From the NCBI GenBank assembly GCA_031961545.1, contig JAVRLK010000001.1, positions 6,596 to 70,595 of the forward strand: DNA of 64,000 nucleotides, given 5' to 3'. This DNA is from Thermoplasmatota archaeon. GTDB taxonomy: Archaea; Thermoplasmatota; Thermoplasmata; Thermoplasmatales; ARK-15. The notes beneath the pieces were generated by a model that had not been told where the DNA came from, did no database searches, and saw only the letters and a list, made by a program, of their open reading frames with translations. Within the stretch, counting starts at the first letter, position 1; each line of letters starts with the position of its first letter. Below are positions 9,785 to 18,548 of the stretch, one piece after another. The position numbers were made by a program, and so were the translations under genes.

Positions 9785-11455
9785 ATGAAGGATCTAATAC
9801 TTCTTCATGCACCGAGCATATACGATTTCAGGAAAAGGTACAGAATCTACGGTCCTGTTAGTGATGTTATACCATCCACACCAATCTTTGAAATGTATCC
9901 AATAGGTTTCATAAGTTTAATTTCGGACCTTATACCTAAAGGTTATAAAGTTAACATAGAAAATCTTGCTGTACAGATGATTCTGCATGAAAATCTGGAT
10001 GTTGAAAGAAAAATATCAAAGCTCGATGCAAGTATGATAGCGATGGATCTTCACTGGCTCCCCCATGTGCATGGTGTTATAAACATTGCAAAAATGGTTA
10101 AGAAATACCATCCAGATACACCAATAATCCTTGGTGGATTATCGTCCACCTATTTCTATAAAGAATTGATAAATTTCCCTTTCATAGATTTTATTTTACT
10201 TGGGGATACAACCGAACCATTTTTTTCAGATCTTATTGAAACATATCAGAAAAATGGTGATTTTTCAAAAATACCGAACCTTGTATGGAAGGATAATGGA
10301 AGGGTAAGAATAAATAACATTGAAAATCCTGAAAATTACATAAATAGCGTTAAACTTGATTACCATGCATTTATGAAAATGTGTTTTTCAAACCTTAAGA
10401 TAGAATCATCCTTCCCGTATTCTGACTGGACAAAATCACCTAGCGCCATGACGTTCATACAGAAGGGATGCCATCACAACTGCCTTATATGCGGTGGATC
10501 CAAGTTCTCATATGAGAATTTCTATTTCAGAAAATCCGTATCATACAGACCTGTTGATAATGTCATAGAGGATCTTATTTCAATACAGGAAAATTTAGGT
10601 GTGCCCGCGTTTATCATAGGTGATATACATCAGGCAGGGCAGAAATATCAGAAGGAACTTTTAAGCAAAATAAAGGAGAATGGAATAGATATACCCATAA
10701 TGTTTGAAATATTCAATCCTGCACCGGAAGAATACTATCAGGATCTTGAAAAAAATGTTTCAGAATACACCATGGAAATTTCCCCTGAATCTTCCAGTGA
10801 GGAAATAAGAGCAAGGGCTGGAAGGTATTACACAAACTTTGCCCTTGAAAAGAATCTTGATTATGCCAAAAAACATGGTGCAAGAAAAATGGATGTTTTC
10901 TTTTCGATCGGCCTTTCAGGACAGAAGATAGAGGATGTATTCAACGATATAAAATACATGGATAGAATATGGGATAAATATTCATCCTGGCTCCACATGT
11001 TCACATCACCCATAGCACCATTCCTTGACCCTGGCAGTTTGGCCTTTGAAAGGAATGAACTTTACGGTTACAGGATCTTTGCAAGAACGCTCATGGATCA
11101 TTACAACCTCCTGGATAAAAGCGTAAGATGGACCGATGCATTGAACTACGAAACCCTATGGATGAAAAGGGAAGATATTGGTCTGGTCAGTTTGAAGGCA
11201 GGATACGAGATAGCAAACTTAAGGTTAAAGAAGGGTCTGGATTCAAATCCTATGACCGTTGAGAAAATACAGGAATATATTTCAACTGTTGTTACGGATG
11301 GAGGGGATCCTTTACCAAGGAACTACATAGGGCCGATAATTTACAGCAAGGATGAACTTGTATGGTCCAGGAACATTAGGATTAAAAGTGTGAAATGCCT
11401 TGGAGTTAATCTATACAGAAAAATTTACAACCTTCTCTTCGGAAAAAATTTGTAA
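9785..11455 (+). CDS. B12-binding-domain radical SAM protein (class B)
   Basis: N-terminal B12-like Rossmann segment (MDLHWLPHVHG...IILGGLSSTY) and the radical SAM cluster motif CHHNCLICGG (C-x3-C-x2-C). Confidence 0.75.
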   Translation: MKDLILLHAPSIYDFRKRYRIYGPVSDVIPSTPIFEMYPIGFISLISDLIPKGYKVNIENLAVQMILHENLDVERKISKLDASMIAMDLHWLPHVHGVINIAKMVKKYHPDTPIILGGLSSTYFYKELINFPFIDFILLGDTTEPFFSDLIETYQKNGDFSKIPNLVWKDNGRVRINNIENPENYINSVKLDYHAFMKMCFSNLKIESSFPYSDWTKSPSAMTFIQKGCHHNCLICGGSKFSYENFYFRKSVSYRPVDNVIEDLISIQENLGVPAFIIGDIHQAGQKYQKELLSKIKENGIDIPIMFEIFNPAPEEYYQDLEKNVSEYTMEISPESSSEEIRARAGRYYTNFALEKNLDYAKKHGARKMDVFFSIGLSGQKIEDVFNDIKYMDRIWDKYSSWLHMFTSPIAPFLDPGSLAFERNELYGYRIFARTLMDHYNLLDKSVRWTDALNYETLWMKREDIGLVSLKAGYEIANLRLKKGLDSNPMTVEKIQEYISTVVTDGGDPLPRNYIGPIIYSKDELVWSRNIRIKSVKCLGVNLYRKIYNLLFGKNL

Positions 11456-11474
11456 AGTGAAAAAGATAAACTTC

Positions 11475-11979
11475 TATGGAATTTTCCGAATTGATTTTAA
11501 AAAGGAGATCAATAAGGGCTTTTAAGGAAAAGGATGTCGATGAAAAAATAATAAAAAAGATAATGAATGAAATAAATCAGGCACATTCAGTGAGAATTTG
11601 CAATCATTCAGTATTTATATTATAAGGGATAGGGATACCAAAATGGAATTATGCAAGGCAGCATACGACCAGGAATACGTTTACAAAGCTTTCTTTCTTT
11701 TTTGTTGCTGATAGAAAAAGATCAATGGAAAATATATAAAAGGGATGGGAACTCTATTCAATACAAATGCAACAATTGCAGCAACTTTTGCAATACTGAG
11801 TATTGAAAATTCAGGTCTTGGATCCGTATGGGTTGGTTCCTTTGGCGATCAAATGGTTTCAAAAATCTTAAAGATTGGTGATGTGATGCAATTGCAATAA
11901 TACCATTCGGTTATCCTGATGAAAATCCGGAAAAGCATGAAAGAAGAAATATTGAAGAAATTTTTATCTCATATCCCTG
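11475..11979 (+). pseudogene. nitroreductase-family gene, multiply frameshifted
   Basis: MEFSELILKRRSIRAFKEKDVDEKIIKKIMNEINQA is followed by a stop. Nitroreductase-like sequence continues in other frames (ENLQSFSIYIIRDRDTKMELCKAAYDQEYVYKA; LGSVWVGSF; AIAIIPFGYPDENPEKHERRNIEEIF). No ORF of 60 aa or more is tracked here. Confidence 0.75.
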
Positions 11980-13112
11980 ATGTATTTTGCTATAACAAGC
12001 CTCATGGCCTCGGATGTCCCAAGGCTTAATGTTGTGTTGTGTGCATCCCTTGCAAGTCTTTCAACAACAGTTCCCCTAGTGTATCCATATCCACCAAGAA
12101 TTTCAACAGCATTTTTAACATGTTTCATTAGAGCTTCCGATACAAAAAGTTTTGTCATGGCAGCATTAAGTCCAGCACTTTCATTTTTATCTATAAGTAA
12201 AGCTGTATTGTAAACCATAAGCCTGGATGCCTCAAGGTCCGTTAACATATCCGTTAAATACCCCTGTATGTACTGGTATTCAAATATCTCCTTCTCCATG
12301 CTCTTTCTAGTTTTTGCAAACCTTGATGATTCTTCAAAAACACGCTGTAACATACCAAGTGCAAGTGCTGAAATATTAACCCTTCCCCTTTCCAGAACGG
12401 TCATTGCTACCTTTATTCCCTCATTCTCCTTTCCAATAACATTCTCAGGTGGAACAGGAGCACCATTATACTGCAAACCAGCTATTGCCGCTCCCCTGAA
12501 TCCTGTTAAATGTATAGGTGGCCCAACCCTGAAGTTTTCAGTACCCTTTTCAACAAGAAATGCCGTAATACCCTTTGCTCTTAGTTCTGGAGCTGTCTTG
12601 GCAAAAACTATGTAATAATCCGCAACAAGTGCATTGGTAATAAAATACTTTGATCCATAAAGGTAATATTTTCCATTCTCCTTTTTTGCTGTGCTTTTTA
12701 TACCAACAACATCAGTTCCTCCTGTTGGTTCAGTTAAGGCAAATGTGCCTATCTTTTTACCCCTTGCAACATCCTTAAGGATCTTTTTCTGCTCTTCATT
12801 GCCAAAAAGAAGTATTGTCTGGTCGAATAAACTTTCAACCTCCATTATGAATGCACTGTTTGGATCAACCCTTGCCACTTCCTCAATTGCAATAACAAGC
12901 TTTATCCTGCTTGTTCCATTCCCTCCATATTCCTCAGGTATTCCATAGCCAAGAATACCCGCCTCACCTAAAGCATGTAAAGAATCCCAGGGAAACTCCT
13001 CCCTTTCATCCCACCTCTGTGCATTCTTTTCAATGTTCTTTTCAACAAAATTCCTTATGCTCATCCTGAAATCCTCAAGATCCTTGCTCAGAAATGATAT
13101 CATGCTTAACAC
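11964..13112 (-). CDS. acyl-CoA dehydrogenase
   Basis: ALTEPTGGTDV, a C-terminal ILGGYGY...ERLARDA pattern, and about 380 aa. Confidence 0.85.
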   Translation of the reverse strand: MLSMISFLSKDLEDFRMSIRNFVEKNIEKNAQRWDEREEFPWDSLHALGEAGILGYGIPEEYGGNGTSRIKLVIAIEEVARVDPNSAFIMEVESLFDQTILLFGNEEQKKILKDVARGKKIGTFALTEPTGGTDVVGIKSTAKKENGKYYLYGSKYFITNALVADYYIVFAKTAPELRAKGITAFLVEKGTENFRVGPPIHLTGFRGAAIAGLQYNGAPVPPENVIGKENEGIKVAMTVLERGRVNISALALGMLQRVFEESSRFAKTRKSMEKEIFEYQYIQGYLTDMLTDLEASRLMVYNTALLIDKNESAGLNAAMTKLFVSEALMKHVKNAVEILGGYGYTRGTVVERLARDAHNTTLSLGTSEAMRLVIAKYIRDMR

Positions 13113-13152
13113 CTTGAAATTAAAAGGAAAAAAATATTAAAAACTTTTTCAC

Positions 13153-14640
13153 TCAATAAACCTTTTCACCACCAACATAAACTTCCTGTTTAATGTTTTT
13201 TAACTCTTCCGGATCATTTATATCGAATGGATCCCTTTCAAGAATTATGAAATCGGCAAATTTTCCTTCTTCAAGAGAGCCAATTGAATATTCCTGTAAT
13301 GCCTTTGCCGAGCCCATTGTATAACAGTAAAGTGATTCTTCAAGATCAAGGCACTGATTTTCAGTATAATTGAAAATTTCAAGTTTTTCATATTTACCCC
13401 TTGTCATTGCGGCATAAATTGTTAACCATGGATTAACAGGTTCAACCGGTGAATCCGTTGAAAATGCAACATTTATTCCCCTCTCAACCATATCCCTGAA
13501 CCTGTATACCCATTTCATTCTTTCCTTACCAACTCTATCAATTATCCAGAAATCTGAGATGATGAAATGGGGCTGAACAACAAGTGTTAAATTTAATTTT
13601 TTTGCAAGATCAAGCTGATCGTCCCTCATGACCGATGCATGCTCTATCCTTACATTCCCATAAACCTTCGCTATATCCAGAGCAAAATCTATACCACCAT
13701 CACCTATAGCATGTATGGCTATCTGACCATCCTTATCCCTTATAATTTTTTCAATATTTTCCTTCTTTTCCACAACCTGCCCGTATGTTTTTTCATCACT
13801 GTACATTTCCGTCAGGTAGGCTGTCCTTGCACCAAGTGATCCATCAGCGAACAACTTTATGCCCTTTATTTTCAATTTTTCATTGATCTCCATGCTTTTC
13901 AATTTACTATTTTTGTTCATGTATGCAAATACCCTCAATCTCAATTTTCCTTCATCATTTATTTTTTTTAAAATATTGAAAATTTCATCACTTACCGAAA
14001 CAAATCCAACGGATGTTATTCCATTGGATAGAACATGATCCATGGCCTGTTCAACCATTTTTTTCTTTATATCCTCCGGTATCATCCTGTTGAACTTTTT
14101 CCTGAACAGTTCAAATACTTCCTCCTTAACAATACCAAGTGGTTCATTGTTTTCGTAAGGGAAATTCTCTCCCTCCTTTTTATAATCAACAAGTTCAAGC
14201 ATTTTTGTGTTAACAACAGCTGCATGCAAACATACCCTTGTCAAAAGTACAGGTCTATCATCAACAACATCATCAATATCATACCTTGTTGGCCACCTTT
14301 TTTCTTCAAACATTTCCTGATCCCATCCATGACCCATTATTGGCCCTGAACTATTCTCTGCAAATTCCTTCAGTTTTTTCTTCATTTCCTCAATGGATTT
14401 TACATTTCTTAAATCAAGTATGTTCAAAAACTGACCAATTTCATCAAGATGCAGATGAGCATCAATGAATCCCGGCAGAACAGTTTTTCCATTCAAATCA
14501 ACAATCTTTTCGGACAGTTTTTCTATTTCAATTGATTTTCCAACCTTAACAATCTTATTATTTTCAACAAGCATTGCCTCCTCCACTCTCTTTGGCTTAA
14601 AACTCACATATATTTTACCGTTAACAAATCCAACCTTCAT
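13153..14640 (-). CDS. amidohydrolase-family metallohydrolase (YtcJ-like / amidohydrolase 3)
   Basis: PGFIDAHLHLDE metal motif, AIHAIGD, FSTDSPV and a C-terminal GKFADFIIL pattern. Confidence 0.75.
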   Translation of the reverse strand: MKVGFVNGKIYVSFKPKRVEEAMLVENNKIVKVGKSIEIEKLSEKIVDLNGKTVLPGFIDAHLHLDEIGQFLNILDLRNVKSIEEMKKKLKEFAENSSGPIMGHGWDQEMFEEKRWPTRYDIDDVVDDRPVLLTRVCLHAAVVNTKMLELVDYKKEGENFPYENNEPLGIVKEEVFELFRKKFNRMIPEDIKKKMVEQAMDHVLSNGITSVGFVSVSDEIFNILKKINDEGKLRLRVFAYMNKNSKLKSMEINEKLKIKGIKLFADGSLGARTAYLTEMYSDEKTYGQVVEKKENIEKIIRDKDGQIAIHAIGDGGIDFALDIAKVYGNVRIEHASVMRDDQLDLAKKLNLTLVVQPHFIISDFWIIDRVGKERMKWVYRFRDMVERGINVAFSTDSPVEPVNPWLTIYAAMTRGKYEKLEIFNYTENQCLDLEESLYCYTMGSAKALQEYSIGSLEEGKFADFIILERDPFDINDPEELKNIKQEVYVGGEKVY

Positions 14641-14730
14641 GGTTATTTAAAAAGAAAATTTAAATAAAAATGTTATTGAAGAAAAGATTATAAACCATTG
14701 GTGAATTCACGTTTACACACAGGTGTTAGG

Positions 14731-14838
14731 ATGAAAAGGAGCTCAAGAGTCTGGAAGAAAAGAGGACAGATGCGCTGGAAATGGAGAAAGAAGAGGATGC
14801 GAAGATTGATGAGACAGAGGAGAGCCAACAGGAAGTAA
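14731..14838 (+). CDS. rpl41e: ribosomal protein L41e (35 aa)
   Basis: MKRSSRVWKKRGQMRWKWRKKRMRRLMRQRRANRK is the extremely basic archaeal L41e pattern (RWKWxKKRxRRL). It is too short for the ORF track. Confidence 0.75.
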   Translation: MKRSSRVWKKRGQMRWKWRKKRMRRLMRQRRANRK

Positions 14839-14839
14839 C

Positions 14840-14985
14840 GGGGGCATGGGGTAATCAGGTATCCTAGCGGGCTCCAGTTATGGAAATGATTCTCCAGTGG
14901 GTCAGCTGATAAATGATGATTAACTGGAGCAATGATCCAGTTAAGGAGAGACCCGCGGATCTGGGTTCAAATCCCAGTGCCCCCA
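14840..14985 (+). tRNA. tRNA-Trp (CCA) with a 73-nt intron after position 37
   Basis: Acceptor GGGGGCA/TGCCCCC. Anticodon stem GCGGG/CCCGC with loop CU-CCA-G|intron|A. T arm CTGGG-TTCAAAT-CCCAG and discriminator A. Confidence 0.9.
14878..14950 (+). ncRNA. tRNA-Trp intron with box C/D guide architecture
   Basis: Degenerate C box AUGAUUC (14886-14892), D' CUGA (14906-14909), perfect C' AUGAUGA (14913-14919) and D-like AUGA (14932-14935). Spacers are 12-13 nt and complementary to the pre-tRNA. Confidence 0.7.
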
Positions 14986-15315
14986 CTTTTACTCAGGGGA
15001 TATAGATACATACCAAAAAATGAACCTTAATCTGGACTAATATATAAATTATAAGAAATAGAAAAGTTATTTTTTGTGATATGATCTTGAAGAACATATC
15101 GCATACTGAAAACGGATTAAAAAATTTTTGAAATAAAATCTAAGTTCGATTATCAAAATGAAACAAAAAAATAAATAAGGGGAGTTAGGGGCTTCAGAAT
15201 GAGAAATGAAGTTTGGTTTTTATTTATACTTTGACACTCCTTGTTTTAAGAAATTAAAAATGTGTTAAATAAATTAGTTTTATATTTGTACTGCTCAAAA
15301 AAATAGATATTTTTA

Positions 15316-16251
15316 TTATAAGTCTTTTTTAACCTTTTTCTTTTTTAAATATACTAATGAGATTGAAATGATTAAAATCACACCTATTGATACTGCGAGA
15401 ATGAAATAATAATTAATTTGCTGTGAAGCACCCATTGGTATGTTTGTGGAATTCAATATTATGCTAGAATTAATCCAACAATAAACCGTGATAGGTCCAT
15501 CAACTAAAGTTGTTATATTTGCATTCCACTTTACTATAATTCCTGAATATTTATCTATATAAGCTGTTGCATTTCCAGAGCTAGAGGTAAGATTATCACA
15601 GAAATTCACTTGTACTTTAATTACAGGATATATTTCATTGTTTATATTTATGGTTAAATTACTACTTGCATTTGCATTTATTTCAGACGGAGGAAATATA
15701 GAAACAATTCCTGTTTCAGGATTGGAACTGCTTCCGAAATCTAATGAAAGTACAGTTGAAAGATTCTTTGGCACAAATCCCTTACTTAATTCATTCAAAG
15801 TTTTTTGGTTTATGAAAAATATAGTGATTGGTTGATTTATGTTTGCAGTTTCATTGAAATATTCTCTAAAATTATAATTAAATGTAAGGTTCCAAAATTT
15901 ATAATTATTCTTGGTAGCTTCAACATCTTGGGGGTATGGAAATAAGGCTATTATAGCAGGATTCCCTGGAACAGATTCAAGATAAGAAAATGTCTGAGTT
16001 TCCTGATTAATAGAAAGAATCTTATATAATAAAATTGAGGTTGTGTTGAGATAAGTATGTTTTGTCTCACTAGTGATATATACATTACTATTTTTTTCAA
16101 AATATTTAACGTAAGCACCTAAAAAAGCCCAGACAGGCTCATTTATGTTATTACCTTCTACAATACTACTGAATGTAAACATAATAAGCAATAAAATTAA
16201 AAAGAATGATATGATTTTGAATTTTTTCAGAGAGTTTTTAACTTTTTTCAT
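15316..16251 (-). CDS. type I membrane protein with many N-glycosylation sequons (signal peptide plus C-terminal TM anchor)
   Basis: N-terminal IISFFLILLLIMFTFSSIVEG and about 11 N-x-S/T sequons. C-terminal TM YYFILAVSIGVILIISISLVYL is followed by KKKKVKKDL. It starts 4 nt after the upstream Hint protein gene. Confidence 0.7.
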   Translation of the reverse strand: MKKVKNSLKKFKIISFFLILLLIMFTFSSIVEGNNINEPVWAFLGAYVKYFEKNSNVYITSETKHTYLNTTSILLYKILSINQETQTFSYLESVPGNPAIIALFPYPQDVEATKNNYKFWNLTFNYNFREYFNETANINQPITIFFINQKTLNELSKGFVPKNLSTVLSLDFGSSSNPETGIVSIFPPSEINANASSNLTININNEIYPVIKVQVNFCDNLTSSSGNATAYIDKYSGIIVKWNANITTLVDGPITVYCWINSSIILNSTNIPMGASQQINYYFILAVSIGVILIISISLVYLKKKKVKKDL

Positions 16252-16255
16252 TTTT

Positions 16256-17332
16256 TCACCCGCATGGATTTGCTATTTTATCCGCAAGCACATATTCCCA
16301 TCCTATAAAATTATGATTTATTAGCAGGACAAAATCATACATTATTATTGGATTATTAACCTTTTCTATAGAAAACACTGGAATGGTTGTATTGGTAATA
16401 GGATCGTATAAAGTATCATTCAATGTTAAATTACTTGCATCTATAAATCCTCTTTCTGTAAGAACCGCTTGATCTCCTGCAATTTCTAAATACCCATTGA
16501 TAACATAACTAGAATTCTCATATGAAATTAGTACCTCCTTCACCATTGCTGGTTGTAATTGACCTGTAGTCATATTATATGTCATTAATTCATCTCCTGC
16601 CGAAATGTCCTGAGCTAAAATATAAGTATAATTTGCTGTTAAAATAGGGGTAGATCCTGATACACAACTTCCTCCACCTTTACCACTTTCATTAAGACCT
16701 CCATTATTTAAAAACTGTTGAACAGTTCCAACTATAAGAGATGAAGTCATAATGCCATATCCATCAGCTTCTGGATAACCAGCAGGATAATTTGGATCAT
16801 TTAAGAACTTTACTTCAACAGTTATATTAAGGGGTAAATTGCTATAATTTACTTCATTTACTGAATTAAGTATAGATAATAGATGTACTTCACAATCTTG
16901 TTCTGATTCATTTAATGTCCAAGCAAAACCAGCTGCAAGATCTTGGTAACTTTGGGGTAAACCTTGTGAAGTTATTATGTACGTGGGAGTGTAAAATGTT
17001 TTAATACCAGATACATTACTAAAAATTTGTATTAGAAAATGAGTATCTCCATTGAAGGTAGTGTTAGCATAAGCCCATAAATTGATAGCAAGCTTACCAG
17101 TAGAAGTATCATTTAAAAAAGTAGCATTCACAGTAATGGATGCCCAATTTCCATGATCATCATATACTTCTGCATAATCATATCCTGGATTATTCTTCCA
17201 GTTATAAACATAGAGAAGTGTTTGTTGACCATGGACTAAAGGGATAACCATGATGATCAAAAATAATGCAACTCCAATAACCATTATTTTATTGTTCTTT
17301 ATTGATTTTCCATAACCCTTTCTCATTTTCAA
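16256..17332 (-). CDS. secreted sequon-rich protein with a C-terminal Hint (Hedgehog/intein-like) domain
   Basis: Signal peptide IMVIGVALFLIIMVIPLVHG|QQ and 8 sequons before the linker. GKGGGS|CVSGSTPILTANYTYILAQDISAGDELMTYNMTTGQL follows (Cys codon 16664-16666). The protein ends NHNFIGWEYVLADKIANPCG. The Hint part aligns with that of 2567-4492. Confidence 0.75.
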   Translation of the reverse strand: MKMRKGYGKSIKNNKIMVIGVALFLIIMVIPLVHGQQTLLYVYNWKNNPGYDYAEVYDDHGNWASITVNATFLNDTSTGKLAINLWAYANTTFNGDTHFLIQIFSNVSGIKTFYTPTYIITSQGLPQSYQDLAAGFAWTLNESEQDCEVHLLSILNSVNEVNYSNLPLNITVEVKFLNDPNYPAGYPEADGYGIMTSSLIVGTVQQFLNNGGLNESGKGGGSCVSGSTPILTANYTYILAQDISAGDELMTYNMTTGQLQPAMVKEVLISYENSSYVINGYLEIAGDQAVLTERGFIDASNLTLNDTLYDPITNTTIPVFSIEKVNNPIIMYDFVLLINHNFIGWEYVLADKIANPCG

Positions 17333-17458
17333 ACCTCCCTCAGATAAAAGTAATTGGTTTCAGTATATATATTTAATCCAGGGAAAGTACAATTCAAAAA
17401 AGATTATATACCTTTAACAGTAATAAACTAAAAATTGAGAATGTCTTAGGAGGTATGT

Positions 17459-18049
17459 ATGATATCTTCATACAAAAAATTTGCATCTGGTGCAAATATG
17501 GATAATATTCCATACCAATATGGACTTTCAATCCCCGGCCATTCGTTTGAATATATAGACGTAAATCCTTCAGATCCTAATATTCATATCTATACAACAT
17601 TGAAACCTCCCAAAAAACCGAGAAAAAAGCTTATGGCTATAATAATTGGTATTATTGTAGTTATTATTGTCATTATGGCAATGGATGTAACAATATTCTC
17701 CAAGCCCATGGTAACAATTTCAGCTGTAGATTTAACCATTTTATATGGTCCGGTACCATTAGGACATAATAGTGAATATTTGGGATACTATTATCGAACA
17801 TTACCCGGATTTAATGCTACTCCCGGAAGTATTGTTGAATATAATATTACGCTCACTTCCACAGCAAGAAATTTGACACATTCCATAATTTCAATATACA
17901 CTCCAACTTCAGGCTTCAGTATTATTTCTGTTTCACCAAGTCTTCCTTATTCATTCCCTCCGGGATCCACATTTACGCTCACACTTTTTATAAAAACACC
18001 TGATGAAAGTCTTTGGGGATTTTTACACATAGATTTAAAAACTTCATAA
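17459..18049 (+). CDS. single-pass (type II-like) membrane protein, function unknown
   Basis: AGGAGG lies 5 nt upstream. PPKKPRKKLMAIIIGIIVVIIVIMAM forms the TM, followed by a beta-rich ectodomain of about 115 aa with sequons. Confidence 0.6.
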   Translation: MISSYKKFASGANMDNIPYQYGLSIPGHSFEYIDVNPSDPNIHIYTTLKPPKKPRKKLMAIIIGIIVVIIVIMAMDVTIFSKPMVTISAVDLTILYGPVPLGHNSEYLGYYYRTLPGFNATPGSIVEYNITLTSTARNLTHSIISIYTPTSGFSIISVSPSLPYSFPPGSTFTLTLFIKTPDESLWGFLHIDLKTS

Positions 18050-18161
18050 AATTTTTAAGTTTTAATAAAAAAATTTATATCTTAATTTGAATATTTGTTA
18101 TGCGTATATATTCTCTCATCTCAAAATTTGAAAATTTGATAAAATATGTTTTTGAAAAATA

Positions 18162-18535
18162 TCACACCCTTCTTATTTTTGACATTTCCTCATAAAGTAT
18201 TTTCAAAACTTCCTGATAATCCCTGTTTCCTTCTTCAACATCCTCCATCTTTTTTTCAAGAATTTCTGTTCTTTCCTCACTGACAAAATTGCCATAATGT
18301 TTTGATAAAAATGCTTGAACCGTATAGCCAATTTTTGTTGGTATTAATTTTCCATTCCTTTCAATAACATAGTTTCTTTTTGAAAAGTCTTGAGATTAAT
18401 GTGGCATAGGTACTTGGTCTTCCAATACCCTTTTCCTTCATTACCCTTTTAACATATGCCTGTGAATATGGATAAATTTTTGTTAATCTTTTTTCCACCT
18501 CAATTTTTACGGATCCTGTCTGTAAAGGTCTCTGA
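18162..18535 (-). pseudogene. type IA DNA topoisomerase C-terminal fragment, 5'-truncated at the IS end and frameshifted
   Basis: KEKGIGRPSTYATLISRL is the topo IA signature. A 1-nt frame change occurs in the A-run near 18371-18387. The sequence then continues RNYVIERNGKLIPTKIGYTVQAFL...MSKIRRV to a stop at 18162-18164. No N-terminal part lies on the other side of the IS. Confidence 0.65.
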
Positions 18536-18548
18536 CATACTCCCCGCA

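Noticed and set aside
15060-15130. A possible intergenic C/D-box sRNA (tgtgatatgatc ... ctga).
   Set aside because: There is only one poor C-like box and one CUGA about 30 nt apart. No C'/D' pair or terminal stem is present.
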